A stretch of 64,000 bases of DNA from Faecousia sp. (GTDB lineage: Bacteria > Bacillota > Clostridia > Oscillospirales > Oscillospiraceae). Of the stretch, positions 63,141 to 64,000 are shown one piece after another. The stretch lies in assembly GCA_045639485.1 (NCBI GenBank), contig JAZUDF010000066.1:15965-79964 (forward strand), in the 5' to 3' direction. Position 1 is the first letter of the stretch. Every line of letters starts with the position of its first letter. The position numbers and the translations under genes were made by a program. The notes under the pieces were generated by a model. That model was not told the DNA's origin. It made no database searches and was given only the letters and a program-made list of their open reading frames with translations.

Positions 63141-63813
63141 ATTCATCTTTTTGGATCTGGACGATACCATCCTTGATTTTACTGCGGCAGAGGACGTTGC
63201 CCTGCCGAAAGGTCTGAAGGAAGTCGGCATTGAACCGACAGACGACCTGATCGCTCGCTACAAGCAGATCAACATTGCCGAATGGGAGCGGTACGAACGC
63301 GGAGAGATCTCGCGTGAGACCGTGCTGACTGAGCGATACGACATTCTGTTCAAGGAATACGGCATTGATCTTCCAGGCTATATCGCAGAAGATGCTTACC
63401 GTAAATATCTCGGGATCGGTCACTACTTCATTCCCGGTGCCGTAGCTTTATTAGATTATTTAAAAGGCAAAAACTATCGTCTTTTTATTGCCTCCAACGG
63501 CGTTGCCGCAACGCAGGATTCAAGACTTGACAGTGCCGGCATCCGTCCTTATTTTGAAAACATTTTTATCTCGGAAACAACAGGCTCACACAAGCCGGAA
63601 AAAGCGTATTTTGACTACTGCTTCTCTCATATTCCGGGGTTTGATCCCACCGAGGCATTATTGATCGGTGACAGTCTGACCTCTGATATTTCCGGCGGGA
63701 AAGCCGCCGGCATTGCGACCTGCTGGTTCAATCCGAGCGGCAAGACTGCACCTGCAAATCTGCGTCCCGACTACGAAGTCCGTTCACTGAAGGAACTGGA
63801 ATCAATCTTATAA
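63133..63813 (+). CDS. HAD-superfamily hydrolase, YjjG-like nucleotidase subfamily
   Basis: FIFLDLDDTILDF (DxDxT), ...ASNG..., ...KPEKAYF...GDSLTSDI. ATG 63133 follows AGGAGAA and overlaps the rsmA end by 8 nt. Confidence 0.65.
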   Translation: MFKFIFLDLDDTILDFTAAEDVALPKGLKEVGIEPTDDLIARYKQINIAEWERYERGEISRETVLTERYDILFKEYGIDLPGYIAEDAYRKYLGIGHYFIPGAVALLDYLKGKNYRLFIASNGVAATQDSRLDSAGIRPYFENIFISETTGSHKPEKAYFDYCFSHIPGFDPTEALLIGDSLTSDISGGKAAGIATCWFNPSGKTAPANLRPDYEVRSLKELESIL

Positions 63814-63826
63814 AGGAAGGCCTCAC

Positions 63827-64000
63827 ATGGCAAACATCATTGAACTGTCTGACTTTCACGATCCGGAACTGGATATCTATGCAAGGCTGACAGAAGGACA
63901 ACTGAAAAACCGTGCAGAACCCGAAAAAGGGATGTTTATTGCCGAAAGTCCGAACGTCATCCACCGGGCATTAGATGCAGGCTATGAACCGATTTCCATG
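63827..64000 (+). CDS. TrmH/SpoU-family RNA methyltransferase, N-terminal part (3' end cut by window edge)
   Basis: AAGGAAGG precedes ATG 63827. The N-terminus ...DPELDIYARLTEGQLKN...GMFIAESPNVIHRALDAGYEP resembles SpoU-type methylases with an N-terminal substrate-binding domain. Confidence 0.5.
   Translation, partial: MANIIELSDFHDPELDIYARLTEGQLKNRAEPEKGMFIAESPNVIHRALDAGYEPISM

Overview
This is a 64-kb chromosomal segment of a spore-forming Firmicute. Protein signatures (spoIVA, SipL-like, cwlD, cotJ, sigH-like, an SLH surface protein) suggest class Clostridia; I did not compute or search any taxonomy. I support about 70 protein genes, three stand-alone tRNA genes (Arg-CCT, Leu-CAG, Val-CAC), each with its own canonical promoter and terminator, and a set of intrinsic terminators and sigma-A-type promoters.

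Most of the window is core housekeeping:
- pyrF (partial), lgt, prmA, trkAH, copA, trmO and ruvCAB.
- One long minus-strand array: cdaA-cdaR-...-yicC-remA-gmk-rpoZ-priA-def-fmt-rsmB-rlmN-stp-prkC-rsgA-...-sipL-like-spoIVA.
- radA, cwlD, cotJ, ftsK, uppP and rsmA.

I found no CRISPR array, transposase, integrase, prophage, restriction or other recognisable defence system, and no rRNA.

The stretches I could not fully explain, all of which need database or experimental confirmation:
1. A roughly 145-nt structured leader with a terminator/anti-terminator arrangement upstream of ssnA, followed by ssnA, two unknown ORFs and ygfK.
2. A tightly packed five-gene block of cysteine-cluster, J-domain and membrane proteins (RseC-like, acidic protein, DUF5685-like, J-domain/TPR, membrane protein) between cdaAR and yicC.
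3. An XRE-HTH regulator fused to a complete desulfoferrodoxin-like module.
4. An att-like 19-nt duplication of the tRNA-Arg 3' end enclosing an inverted tRNA relic, next to a frameshifted gene.
5. Several unannotated ORFs under 60 aa, and an orphan terminator that may mark a small RNA.

Regions 28-30 kb and 36.4-48.2 kb look entirely ordinary. Start codons were re-picked by eye from RBS spacing. Promoter, terminator and structure calls are visual, not computed.
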